Shown here one piece after another: positions 37,000-45,769 of a stretch of DNA of 64,000 nt (positions are counted from its first letter, which is position 1; each line of letters starts with the position of its first letter). The position numbers were made by a program, and so were the translations under genes. The stretch comes from an uncultured virus (IMG/VR IMGVR_UViG_2029527006_000008) (taxonomy: Duplodnaviria; Heunggongvirae; Uroviricota; Caudoviricetes). The stretch spans positions 62,001 through 126,000 of the IMG/VR virus record IMGVR_UViG_2029527006_000008. One strand, given 5' to 3'. A model generated the notes under the pieces. That model was not told the origin of the DNA, searched no databases, and saw only the letters and a list, made by a program, of their open reading frames with translations.

Positions 37000-37991
37000 T
37001 GGCCAAGCTTAAAGAGTTGTATGTCGCCTGTCGTCAACAACACCTTGAGCTGCTTGATTCACTGCAGCCTCTTCAGGGTGCGTACTCTTTAAGCGTGCGC
37101 AACGGCAACGAAGACTTCGGTGAATCCATGAAGTCACTGGGAGCGGGTACGTTGTCAGTGGCTAAGTGGGTAGGTGGGCAGGCGTTGGATCTGTTGGACA
37201 AAGGCATTCGTGGTGCGGGTGCTCAACTGTCGAAAACGTTTGACAGCAACAAGTCTCTGATTGCCAAAATCCCCAGCGCGATGAAAGGTGAAGAATCATA
37301 TAGCTTTACTTTTTCAGGCGCACAGGTTGCAGCGTTGACCAGCACTGGTCAGTGGGACGACTTTGGCTCCGACCTGGATGAGTTGATCAAAACGTTGGAA
37401 GGCTTTAAGAAGCACGCCAACGATGTCAAAGATCACCTCAGTCGTGAATTGGTTGTGGCACGTAAGCTCAAAGGCGTAAAGAGCACCAATGACGTCATGA
37501 ACGTCGTGCGGGAGTTTGAAGGGCTTCATTACCCTGAATACAAGCTTCCTCACAAGAACGGTGAATGGATGCTGTCAGAGGTCTTGCCGGGTGGAAAGGT
37601 CGTCAAGTGTAAGTTTACAGACAAAGACGTAGTATATTCTATGTCTGGAGACAAGCCCGCTGGTGAGTCTCACACCCTCGAAGCTTCTAAGTCTGATGTT
37701 CAGTCGGTCCTGGCAAAAGTTGCCAAGCTCAATGATCTGCATTTGCAGGTTAAAGGATCTTATGCTGATTATCTTGATTTTGTTAAAAGCTGGTCTTCTG
37801 TTGTAGAAGAAGCTAGCAAAGGTTTAAGTGAAACAACTAACGTAGGTTCTCAGATTATCTCTGAAGCCGAGTCCATCTTAAAAGGCAATGCTCACGCATT
37901 AGCATTTTATAGTGGTTTCACTCCACGCGTGGTGAGCTACGTCGATAAATACATCCAAGACGTCTTAGGTGTGTTATCGAAAGTTATTTAA
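36999..37991 (+). CDS. Internal head protein (processed paralog)
   Basis: TAATG coupling; NGNEDF site; SEVLPGGK paralog motif. Confidence 0.7.
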   Translation: MAKLKELYVACRQQHLELLDSLQPLQGAYSLSVRNGNEDFGESMKSLGAGTLSVAKWVGGQALDLLDKGIRGAGAQLSKTFDSNKSLIAKIPSAMKGEESYSFTFSGAQVAALTSTGQWDDFGSDLDELIKTLEGFKKHANDVKDHLSRELVVARKLKGVKSTNDVMNVVREFEGLHYPEYKLPHKNGEWMLSEVLPGGKVVKCKFTDKDVVYSMSGDKPAGESHTLEASKSDVQSVLAKVAKLNDLHLQVKGSYADYLDFVKSWSSVVEEASKGLSETTNVGSQIISEAESILKGNAHALAFYSGFTPRVVSYVDKYIQDVLGVLSKVI

Positions 37992-38036
37992 TTAAATAAA
38001 CTTTTACTTAAGTAAAAAATCTCCAAGGAGTTTTAC

Positions 38037-39284
38037 ATGTTTAATCCATCACTGTATGCGGGTACTGAAGATCTGGGCCTGAACGAAGAAGGCGCACAGG
38101 GTACTCTGGAAGCAGTAGCAGAAACCGTTTCTGAAATCCGTGCTGAAGTCGCTGAAGCGAACGCCGAAATCCAGGAGCAGGGCGAAGTTCTGGAAGAAGT
38201 CTCTGAGCAGGTTTGCGACATCCAGGAAGCGACTGAAGAAGTTCAGGACCTGGTTGAAGGTATGGAGTCCATGCTGGCTTCCGGCAACTTCGACGGCCGC
38301 GCGTTTGCTTCTCTGTACAACCAGGCGTACAAAATCACCGATCGTCGTCTGGGCGGCGCACCGGAAACTGCTGCTCCGCGTATGGGCGCAGAAGATCTGT
38401 ACGATGCCTCTACTGCCTCTTCTCTGGCGCGCGACGGCATGGAAGGCTTCATGGATAAAGTGAAAGGCGCTGGCGCTGCAGTTATCGCTTTCATCAAGAA
38501 GATCTTCAACACCGTTGTGAACTTCTTCATCGGCCTGTTCAACAAGAACAAAGCCATGAAACGTCGCATCGAAGGTCTGCAGGCTGATCTGAGCAAAGAA
38601 GGCCTGAAGCTGAAAGAGAAAGTCAAGCTGGGCGGCTGGAACGGCTACGTTGATTACGAAGCCAAAGGTCTGACCGGTAAAGCTTCTGAGCTGGCTGAAG
38701 TTTCTGCACCGCTGGGCGCGTACGCTAACCTGCTGGACGGTGAAATCACCCTGGCTGAATTCGCTACCGCATACAAAGCTCTGACCAACGGCCTGAAATC
38801 TAAAATCGCTGCTGCTGGCGCGAGCAAAGACGAGAAAGGTCAGCTGGTTGCACAGATCGCTGGTATCCGTGTGGTTCTGCACACTGGCGAAGGCGAAGCG
38901 TCTGATCTGAAGAAAGCTGCTGGCCTGGCGCGTGCTCTGAGCATGAAGACTGTCAAAGCTGACAACTTCAGCAAACTGACCTCTGGCGAAGCTGCTCCGA
39001 AAATCACCAACGCTGGCGCGCTGAAAACCGTTCTGACCGGTATCGGCAACCAGATCACCAAGCTGGAAAACGGCAAAGTTGATCAGAAGTTCGCCGCTGC
39101 TAAGCGTGACAAACTGGTTGGCTACATCAACGCTGCTGCGAGCAAAGACGACAAAGATACCGCTGACAAAGTTGCACTGGTTAAAGCCGTTGCTGCGTCT
39201 TCTGCATCTCTGACTCGTTCTGCAACTTCTCTGGCGTCTAACGTCCTGGAAGCTCTGATCGACGGCGTTGCTGCGCACATCTAA
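38037..39284 (+). CDS. High-copy internal head/ejection protein (phiKZ gp93-like family)
   Basis: AAGGAG RBS; extreme optimal-codon bias; Glu-rich propeptide with AGTE, EGME, MGAE and DGME, then FMDKVKGAGAAVIAFIKKIFNTVVNFF. Confidence 0.75.
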   Translation: MFNPSLYAGTEDLGLNEEGAQGTLEAVAETVSEIRAEVAEANAEIQEQGEVLEEVSEQVCDIQEATEEVQDLVEGMESMLASGNFDGRAFASLYNQAYKITDRRLGGAPETAAPRMGAEDLYDASTASSLARDGMEGFMDKVKGAGAAVIAFIKKIFNTVVNFFIGLFNKNKAMKRRIEGLQADLSKEGLKLKEKVKLGGWNGYVDYEAKGLTGKASELAEVSAPLGAYANLLDGEITLAEFATAYKALTNGLKSKIAAAGASKDEKGQLVAQIAGIRVVLHTGEGEASDLKKAAGLARALSMKTVKADNFSKLTSGEAAPKITNAGALKTVLTGIGNQITKLENGKVDQKFAAAKRDKLVGYINAAASKDDKDTADKVALVKAVAASSASLTRSATSLASNVLEALIDGVAAHI

Positions 39285-39330
39285 GCTGTGTCGACCGCGC
39301 GGGTCTTCGTGACCGTGCTTTAGAAAAAAG

Positions 39331-39360
39331 ATACTAACCCGGGGCAACCCGGGTTAGTAT
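39331..39360 (+). terminator. Hairpin
   Basis: ATACTAACCCGGG-GCAA-CCCGGGTTAGTAT. Confidence 0.7.
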
Positions 39361-39380
39361 TGACTTGAGGTTTTTTATTT

Positions 39381-40454
39381 ATGACTTCTATTTTTAAAGA
39401 CTTCGATAAGGGTACTCAAAAGGCTGCGATTACGCGTTACGTAAACACACCTACCGTTGAACTGCTCTATCAAACCGACAAGAAGGCTGTAGATGCGTTC
39501 CTGGACGGTGACAGTAAAAGTATCAAGGACAAGGCTGCAGAGATTGAACAAAAGCCTGAGGAAGAGCGTGACGGCACTGAACAGCTCTACTTGCGTGTTG
39601 CTTCCCTGCTTCCTGATGCACCGGCTGAAGTAAACGGCAGTGAAGGACTGTTCAGCACGGTATGGTCATTGATCAAACGTTTCCTCAGCATGATCGGTAA
39701 CTTCTTCAAGTGGCTGGCGGAAACCTTCTTTGGTTTTGGTACGCGTTCTAAAACAGATTTCAACAAGCTGGAAGCAAAAGTAAAAGCCGGAGAGATCAAT
39801 TACGATACTGAATTGAAATATCCGTCCAATGCCAAAAGCTTGATTGACAGCAAACGCTTTAAGTCGTTCCCTGCTAACCTGGACTGGTTGGGCAAAGAAC
39901 TGGACAACCTGGTAAACCGCACAGACGGCACCATTAAGACCTTTACCGCTGCTAAAGACCTCTTTGCCAAAGTGCAGGATAAAAAGGTCGCTGTGAGTGA
40001 TGTAGAGCGTTTTGGTGCGGCTGTCGCGACACACTTGGGAGGTAAGCTCGGTAGCGGCGAATTCCGCATTGTTGGGGCGTTGTGGGCAGTTGTTGCCAAA
40101 GACAAAGATAACGCCATCACGTTTACGCTTAATCCTGTGAAGCAAACCGAAGTTACCGGCGAAAGCAAGTTCATGGTGTCAGAAGGGAAATTCGATGGCT
40201 TGGTTGACAAGCTGGAGAAAACTTCTAACAACCTGGTTCGTCTGGCTGAAATCTCCAAAAACGAAGGCTCGCTGTTTAATGTCAAGATTAAGGAAGAGAA
40301 AGATCTCCAGGGCATTGGCAAGGCAGAGGCGTACGCAATGGCAGCAGCATTCCGCAGCCTGGTTAACTTCATTGCGTTTATTAAACACGTTATGACGGCG
40401 ATTCAGCAGGCGGATACCGCGGCGCATGACATCATGGGGAAAGCATTTAAATGA
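39381..40454 (+). CDS. Internal head protein (processed paralog)
   Basis: GAGG RBS; DGTE and NGSE sites followed by an amphipathic helix. Confidence 0.7.
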   Translation: MTSIFKDFDKGTQKAAITRYVNTPTVELLYQTDKKAVDAFLDGDSKSIKDKAAEIEQKPEEERDGTEQLYLRVASLLPDAPAEVNGSEGLFSTVWSLIKRFLSMIGNFFKWLAETFFGFGTRSKTDFNKLEAKVKAGEINYDTELKYPSNAKSLIDSKRFKSFPANLDWLGKELDNLVNRTDGTIKTFTAAKDLFAKVQDKKVAVSDVERFGAAVATHLGGKLGSGEFRIVGALWAVVAKDKDNAITFTLNPVKQTEVTGESKFMVSEGKFDGLVDKLEKTSNNLVRLAEISKNEGSLFNVKIKEEKDLQGIGKAEAYAMAAAFRSLVNFIAFIKHVMTAIQQADTAAHDIMGKAFK

Positions 40455-40915
40455 AGATCATACGCGTAACGCCTGGTCAGTTCACGCGCTGCGTGTTAAA
40501 GGCCAGTAACGAGCAAAGTTTTGTTGCCCCTACGCTGCACAACCTCACCAGTGAAAGCTACGTTGTGGTAGACACGGCATGTCGCTCTCGTTTTATCCGC
40601 GGGGACAAAATCGACCTGAGCTTCCTGGATACCTTAGATATTGATCTGAGTTATCTGCGTGGCAGTATTGTTGAGGACGTGACCCTGCAAGAGTTGGGTG
40701 ACACCGTGTTTGAAGATGACTCGGTGCTTGTGCCGGATCAAAACGACATGCTGACGTCAGACAACTTACTGGAAAGTTTTGATGTTCTCATGAGTGTCTT
40801 AGGTCTTCCTATGGTGACCAACACCGAAGTCACTTTGTCCAAGGTTGATAACAAGCTTCACGTCGAATTCACCGACTGTCCGTACTTCAAAGGTGCGTTT
40901 TCGGTTATTTGCTGA
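40451..40915 (+). CDS. Small acidic virion-type protein
   Basis: ATGA overlap; KIDLSFL...PYFKGAFSV resembles the 43437 protein (KMDL...YLYKGSVTI). Confidence 0.6.
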   Translation: MKIIRVTPGQFTRCVLKASNEQSFVAPTLHNLTSESYVVVDTACRSRFIRGDKIDLSFLDTLDIDLSYLRGSIVEDVTLQELGDTVFEDDSVLVPDQNDMLTSDNLLESFDVLMSVLGLPMVTNTEVTLSKVDNKLHVEFTDCPYFKGAFSVIC

Positions 40916-40922
40916 TTTTATG
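40915..40922 (+). promoter_or_regulatory. Putative late promoter ATTTTATG
   Basis: Intergenic, 40 nt upstream of ATG 40962. Confidence 0.55.
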
Positions 40923-40961
40923 TTTACACCCCACCTATTAACTTTCACATGGAAAAAAATT

Positions 40962-41846
40962 ATGCAAGACGACGACGTTATCGACCTGGTGTTGGACGAA
41001 TCCCCGGCAGACCTGGATGACACCCACGAGTCACTTATCATTCAGGGCAGCATCGACGCCATCGACGGAACTGAAAGCTACGCAGTGAAATACCTGGCTG
41101 GCGCAATGTGTGGTGCAGACATGCTGTCACCGTACGCTATCCACGGTAACGAATCTGTGTGGACCTCGGTAAAGGCTGGCTTCGCGAAGTCCATCACCTA
41201 CGTTAAAAATGTCTTTAAAGGCATTTGGAACTTTTTCTTCGGGAAAGAATCTGAAGAGAAAGATACTGAGAAAAACAGTGCGGTGGAAAAAGACAAGGCG
41301 CTGCTGGCCAAGCTTCCTTCTACTGCTGAGCTGACTGAAGCGGCGCGCGGTGCTATCGACAGCGCAGCTGATAAAGCGGCTAACATTGGCAAGAGCATCA
41401 AAGCCAAGGTTGAACAGGGTGTGCAGGCAGCCAAGATCTATGCGGAAGACAAACAGCTGAAAGAGAAGCTGGATGCTGCGCTGGAGAAAATGGTTGAGAT
41501 CACCGAGAAAGGCGTTGAAGCGGCCAAGAAACAGGGTCGCGGCATCGCGCTGGCTGTGTCAATCAAAATGACGCTGTGGGCCATGTACTTCCGTGATTTC
41601 CGTAGCGTGATGTCTTCTCAGGTTAAAGCTCTGGCTTCTAAAACCATGGCCGAGATCGAGAAGCTGGAAAGCAAAGTGAAATCTGCGGGTGAAAACGCGT
41701 CTGCGGAAATCAAAGAGAAACTGGCGTCGCTGAAAGAAGTTATGAAGTCCTATACTTCCATTCAGCAGCTGAAGTCCTCTTTCCGTTCATTCGTGACCGG
41801 CGTTGTGGATAAACTCACTCCGAGCTACTTCGCAAAAAAGGCATAA
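40962..41846 (+). CDS. Internal head protein (processed paralog); ends in an A AAA AAG slippery site
   Basis: Acidic propeptide; DGTE and HGNE sites, then VWTSVKAGFAKSITYVKNVFKGIWNFFF. Confidence 0.7.
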   Translation: MQDDDVIDLVLDESPADLDDTHESLIIQGSIDAIDGTESYAVKYLAGAMCGADMLSPYAIHGNESVWTSVKAGFAKSITYVKNVFKGIWNFFFGKESEEKDTEKNSAVEKDKALLAKLPSTAELTEAARGAIDSAADKAANIGKSIKAKVEQGVQAAKIYAEDKQLKEKLDAALEKMVEITEKGVEAAKKQGRGIALAVSIKMTLWAMYFRDFRSVMSSQVKALASKTMAEIEKLESKVKSAGENASAEIKEKLASLKEVMKSYTSIQQLKSSFRSFVTGVVDKLTPSYFAKKA

Positions 41847-41932
41847 TGCCTGGGCCTGATTACGATACGTCGCGTATTGCTGTAGAACCCAATTACAGCA
41901 CAGGTGGGGGTTATCGTCGTAAGCTCCGTTAA
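41846..41932 (+). CDS. 28-aa small ORF MPGPDYDTSRIAVEPNYSTGGGYRRKLR, or a -1 frameshift extension of the upstream gene
   Basis: TAATG overlap; it fills the gap exactly up to the hairpin; it is in the -1 frame of A AAA AAG at 41834-41840. Confidence 0.45.
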   Translation: MPGPDYDTSRIAVEPNYSTGGGYRRKLR

Positions 41933-41934
41933 AT

Positions 41935-41967
41935 TACCAGCTGCAGGGGAAACCCTGCAGCTTGGTA
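41935..41967 (+). terminator. Hairpin
   Basis: AGCTGCAGGG-GAAA-CCCTGCAGCT, extended by TACC/GGTA. Confidence 0.7.
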
Positions 41968-42031
41968 TTCTGTGTGAATTGTTTTTTAACTGCAATATGA
42001 ACTTAATGTCAATACTGGTGGAGGCCGGGGG

Positions 42032-43444
42032 ATGGAAGGGGTTACTATATTTAAATTACTTAATTTAGTTATTAGTTTAAGTAATGATGAGAGAGCCATT
42101 ATTGGTACTCATGAGATGTTTAATAATGTTCGTGATATTATCAAGAAAGATGCAGATTATATCAACGTAGAAGATGAGAAGGTGTGTAAGCAACAACTCA
42201 CTTCACTGATCTGTATTACCGCTGATAATGCACTGGATTATTTAACAGGATTACAACACACCAACAAAGGTATTAGCAATTATCTTCAGAACATCATTGA
42301 GTCAAACAAGCTCATTGATCCGATCAAAGCTTCGGCAACGATCTGTGCACTGGGGAATGCTGATCTTACCTACACTGAACGTTTAGGGCTGGATGTGTTG
42401 AAGTCGGCACTGGTTGAACTCAAAGACATGTACTGTTTGTTTGTCAATGAGGGCAAAGACTACAACGCGCTGAATGAGGCTGCTGACCGCTTAGTGTTCT
42501 TGGCTACGCTGGCACAAATCGTCTGCACCTTCATGATCTCCAAGTACGGAAGTGAAGTGGGTGTTGGTGAACATTTTGGCTGCAACGTCAAAGAGGTTCC
42601 TACAGATCTCTCTGCCAAAGACACCGATCACACTGAAAGCTTTGAACCGGATGAAGTAGAAGGCACAGAGCAGCTCGATCACTTTGCCACCATGCTGCAG
42701 GGGCTTGAAGAATTTCATGCAGCTGGGGGCTATGTGTCGACGGAACAGCAGAGCTATGCCCAACGTTACCTGATGGGCGTCATGATGAGTCGCGGCATTA
42801 TCTCTGATCGTATCGATGGCAATGAAGGTGCGGTATGGGATAAAGTCAAAGCTGCTATGCTGAAAGCGTTCCAGGTTGTCAAAGACGGTTTGGTGGCGAT
42901 CAAGGAAAACTACTTCGATAAGTCGTTGCAGGAAATGGCTGACGACATCAAAGAAGCTTCCGAAGCCAACAAGAAAGCCCTCGCTGCAGTAGAGCAGAAA
43001 GACGCTACCTTAACTGACAGCGCAAAAGCAGGCATCGAGCGTCTGGCAGCAGCTACCAATAACGACGGCGTGAAAACAGCAGTGGGCTCTTTGACCACCG
43101 TAAGTTCAGCTCCGGGTGTTATTGACAAGCTCATGACTGAATTCACCACGGTATTCAACAAAGGCACTGAATTAGAGAAAACCTTTAACGAGGTGGATTC
43201 TGATCTCAAAGCACTGGAAAGCAGTGTCAGTGGCGACGTACCTGCGGACGGTGATAAAGAAGCCATCAGTGTGAAGAAAGCTGCTATCACTGAAAAATCA
43301 AAAGAAACCCGTGAGAAGTTTGACAGCCTGAAGAAAGAGTTAGCGGATCAACGTAAAGTCGCTGGCGCAATTGTCAAGGCAATCAAAGGCATTACTCCGG
43401 GTATCTTCTATGCGGAGAAGAAAGAAGGTGCAAGCGATGAGTAA
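42032..43444 (+). CDS. Internal head protein with a long propeptide (paralog of the 40962 gene)
   Basis: GGAGG RBS; EGTE, QGLE and DGNE sites. SYAQRYLMGVM..DGNEGAVWDKVK aligns with SYAVKYLAGAM..HGNESVWTSVK. Confidence 0.7.
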   Translation: MEGVTIFKLLNLVISLSNDERAIIGTHEMFNNVRDIIKKDADYINVEDEKVCKQQLTSLICITADNALDYLTGLQHTNKGISNYLQNIIESNKLIDPIKASATICALGNADLTYTERLGLDVLKSALVELKDMYCLFVNEGKDYNALNEAADRLVFLATLAQIVCTFMISKYGSEVGVGEHFGCNVKEVPTDLSAKDTDHTESFEPDEVEGTEQLDHFATMLQGLEEFHAAGGYVSTEQQSYAQRYLMGVMMSRGIISDRIDGNEGAVWDKVKAAMLKAFQVVKDGLVAIKENYFDKSLQEMADDIKEASEANKKALAAVEQKDATLTDSAKAGIERLAAATNNDGVKTAVGSLTTVSSAPGVIDKLMTEFTTVFNKGTELEKTFNEVDSDLKALESSVSGDVPADGDKEAISVKKAAITEKSKETREKFDSLKKELADQRKVAGAIVKAIKGITPGIFYAEKKEGASDE

Positions 43445-44177
43445 TATCACCCCTGAAAACATCAGCAAGCTGGAAACACGCCTAGGTGGTAAGGTACTGG
43501 AGTATTTTACCTCGGGCGGTGATGAGTCTACCGTGAGCTTTGTTAACAAGCAGGGCGTTGAAACGGTAGGGGTGGTCAAGAAGATGGACCTGACTCCGCA
43601 GTTCTTGCTGTCGATGCCCACTGTCAAACTGGAGAAAGGCGCAACCTATGCCCAGGCTATTGCTGCGTTCTCTCAACAGTTTGGTTTAGGCTTGATTCGT
43701 AACGTGGACTACAAGGCCACTGACGATGCCATTGTGTTCAACGGCAACCTGCTGGGACAGGCCACGCTAACGATCCTTAATAACTCCTACCTCTACAAAG
43801 GTTCGGTCACGATTCGTGTGGTAACCGAAGCAGGCGGGAAGTTAATCGACAGCATGCAGTCACTGGGCAAGACTTTTCAGCTTATCTTTTTCCAAGGTAT
43901 CCTGAGTGCGTCTAAACCGTTCCAGGGCAAGGGCAAAGCCTTTAATGGTAACCAACTGTCCCCTGAATTGGTCGACGCAGTTAAAGCCCGTCTGAGTACG
44001 TCTCCTTACGTCACAAAAGACAATATCAACATTCTGCGCAATGCCACGGTGTTTAAATACCAGACGTATCGCAAAGAGGGGGAAGAAGGTGTGGTGCGGG
44101 TTTACCTGCGCGACGCCAACCGTAACCTGTTGAGTCTGGCCGTGGTTCCGCAAGACAGTGACGATCGTCCCTTTTAA
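43437..44177 (+). CDS. Virion structural protein
   Basis: AAGG RBS before ATG 43437; QQFGLGL...NNSYLYKGSVTIRV motif typical of jumbo-phage virion paralogs. Confidence 0.6.
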   Translation: MSNITPENISKLETRLGGKVLEYFTSGGDESTVSFVNKQGVETVGVVKKMDLTPQFLLSMPTVKLEKGATYAQAIAAFSQQFGLGLIRNVDYKATDDAIVFNGNLLGQATLTILNNSYLYKGSVTIRVVTEAGGKLIDSMQSLGKTFQLIFFQGILSASKPFQGKGKAFNGNQLSPELVDAVKARLSTSPYVTKDNINILRNATVFKYQTYRKEGEEGVVRVYLRDANRNLLSLAVVPQDSDDRPF

Positions 44178-44189
44178 AACATAACCGAG

Positions 44190-44213
44190 CTTAGTGGGGT
44201 AACACCCACTAAG
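44190..44213 (+). terminator. Hairpin
   Basis: CTTAGTGGG-GTAACA-CCCACTAAG. Confidence 0.6.
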
Positions 44214-44221
44214 TCAGGTAA

Positions 44222-44229
44222 ATTTTATG
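44222..44229 (+). promoter_or_regulatory. Putative late promoter ATTTTATG
   Basis: Intergenic, after the hairpin and upstream of the 44256 operon. Confidence 0.6.
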
Positions 44230-44255
44230 TTTATTTTCATAAGGAACTTATCGCT

Positions 44256-45767
44256 ATGGGTGCCACACAAACCACCTTTGCCGGGTCCATAGAAACCTAC
44301 CGCTCGATTACGCGACCGGTGATCTACGACTCTATTATTTCCGTACTCAAGTACTTTGGTCTTGAGGGCGCTAAAAACGTTTATTTTAACGGTGAAGCAG
44401 AAATCACCAAAATGATCGGCAGCGACTTTGGTGATAATCAAGCCAACACGCTTTACACCGATGGCATTTTCCGGAACAAGGTTTATGCTGTTGCCGCTAT
44501 CGAACCCTCGGAATTCAACAACGGCTACCACAACCAGCGTCGTGACGCCACAGAGATGCCGTTCTGGTTAGACAAAAGCATCGGTATGTACTTCACGCCA
44601 GAGTTTGCCGGACGCACGGTAACCGTGGAGTTGAACTCGCACTTTACTTCTCGTATTGCCGCCCAAGAATTCGTGAACAAAATCAACTACACCACCAGTC
44701 AGATGTTAACCATGATGACGTTTGACGGTGAAGGACACCTGCCGTTGAATGACGGTATCCTGGAGTTGATGAGTGACGTTCACGCACTGCTGGTAACAAA
44801 CAAGATACGTAGCGACGCTTTCCCACAATACCTGGTTGAGAAAAAGCTGCGTGACTTCACCATCATCAACAACGTAGCCGGCAATAACTCTACCTTGGTC
44901 TACCCGATTAAACTGCGCGACATGCAGATTGAGTTTGAAGAGCCGCAGGTGCGTCTGGCTCAGAAAGGTCAGACCATGGGGCAGTACGAGGTGGGGTTCG
45001 CCTATAAGTTCTTCTACAACGAGTTCATTGGTTGGCGAATTACCTATCCGTTGCAGGTGCATCAGGACGAGATCCCAGCGAAGTGGGTAGTCACCAATCG
45101 CGATCTGTATCGTCAGTCGGTTCCTTATCACGGCGCGGCTAACCCTGAATACGTAGCCGGGGTGCGTTTGCTCACCAACCTAGGTCTGACACAGGCCCCT
45201 TATTATCTGGTGCTGCCGCATCACGATAACTGGGAGCGCCCGCACAAGGCGAAACTGAACCAGCTTATTCAGGTGCGTTTGCGCGTAGATGACGTTGCGG
45301 GTGAACAGCTGCTCTGTAATCTGTTTGAGATCCCTGAGTTCCAGTGGGATGATGATGCCAAAGCTTACTTGTTGCGTCGTCATGACAAGGTATTTAACCG
45401 CCACGATACTCCGATTCACTTCGAGGTGTACTCGGACGATCTTCAGGTTGAACCCAATCAGCTGCGTATGGATGAAGCAGGTAACATCTTTATCAAACGC
45501 GAACCCACCACCACGCGTTTACAACACCTCATTATCAACATCGACTACTCGGTAGAGGATTACTCTGACGATTACTGGAGCGATGCGCGTGATAATGGTG
45601 GGGGTTTACTGCCCAATATCTTCCCGTGGTGGGATTGGCCGAACATGCCGGGGAATTGGCAAGAGAACCTGCCAGACGGTTTACCGGTTGACATCAAGCG
45701 CAACTGGAATCAGTACGAGATGGAACTGGGGCTCATTGTCAAGAACATCAAAACCTTTAGGAGTTAA
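44256..45767 (+). CDS. Virion structural protein, probable neck/tail completion (phiKZ gp98-like)
   Basis: 503 aa; TAAGGA RBS; ETYRSITRPV and YPLQVHQDEIP motifs; synteny. Confidence 0.5.
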   Translation: MGATQTTFAGSIETYRSITRPVIYDSIISVLKYFGLEGAKNVYFNGEAEITKMIGSDFGDNQANTLYTDGIFRNKVYAVAAIEPSEFNNGYHNQRRDATEMPFWLDKSIGMYFTPEFAGRTVTVELNSHFTSRIAAQEFVNKINYTTSQMLTMMTFDGEGHLPLNDGILELMSDVHALLVTNKIRSDAFPQYLVEKKLRDFTIINNVAGNNSTLVYPIKLRDMQIEFEEPQVRLAQKGQTMGQYEVGFAYKFFYNEFIGWRITYPLQVHQDEIPAKWVVTNRDLYRQSVPYHGAANPEYVAGVRLLTNLGLTQAPYYLVLPHHDNWERPHKAKLNQLIQVRLRVDDVAGEQLLCNLFEIPEFQWDDDAKAYLLRRHDKVFNRHDTPIHFEVYSDDLQVEPNQLRMDEAGNIFIKREPTTTRLQHLIINIDYSVEDYSDDYWSDARDNGGGLLPNIFPWWDWPNMPGNWQENLPDGLPVDIKRNWNQYEMELGLIVKNIKTFRS

Positions 45768-45769
45768 TC

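Noticed and set aside
38049..39347. 432-aa antisense ORF
   Set aside because: Shadow of the highly biased internal head gene; the F/Q/S/V-rich composition is typical of reverse-frame artefacts.
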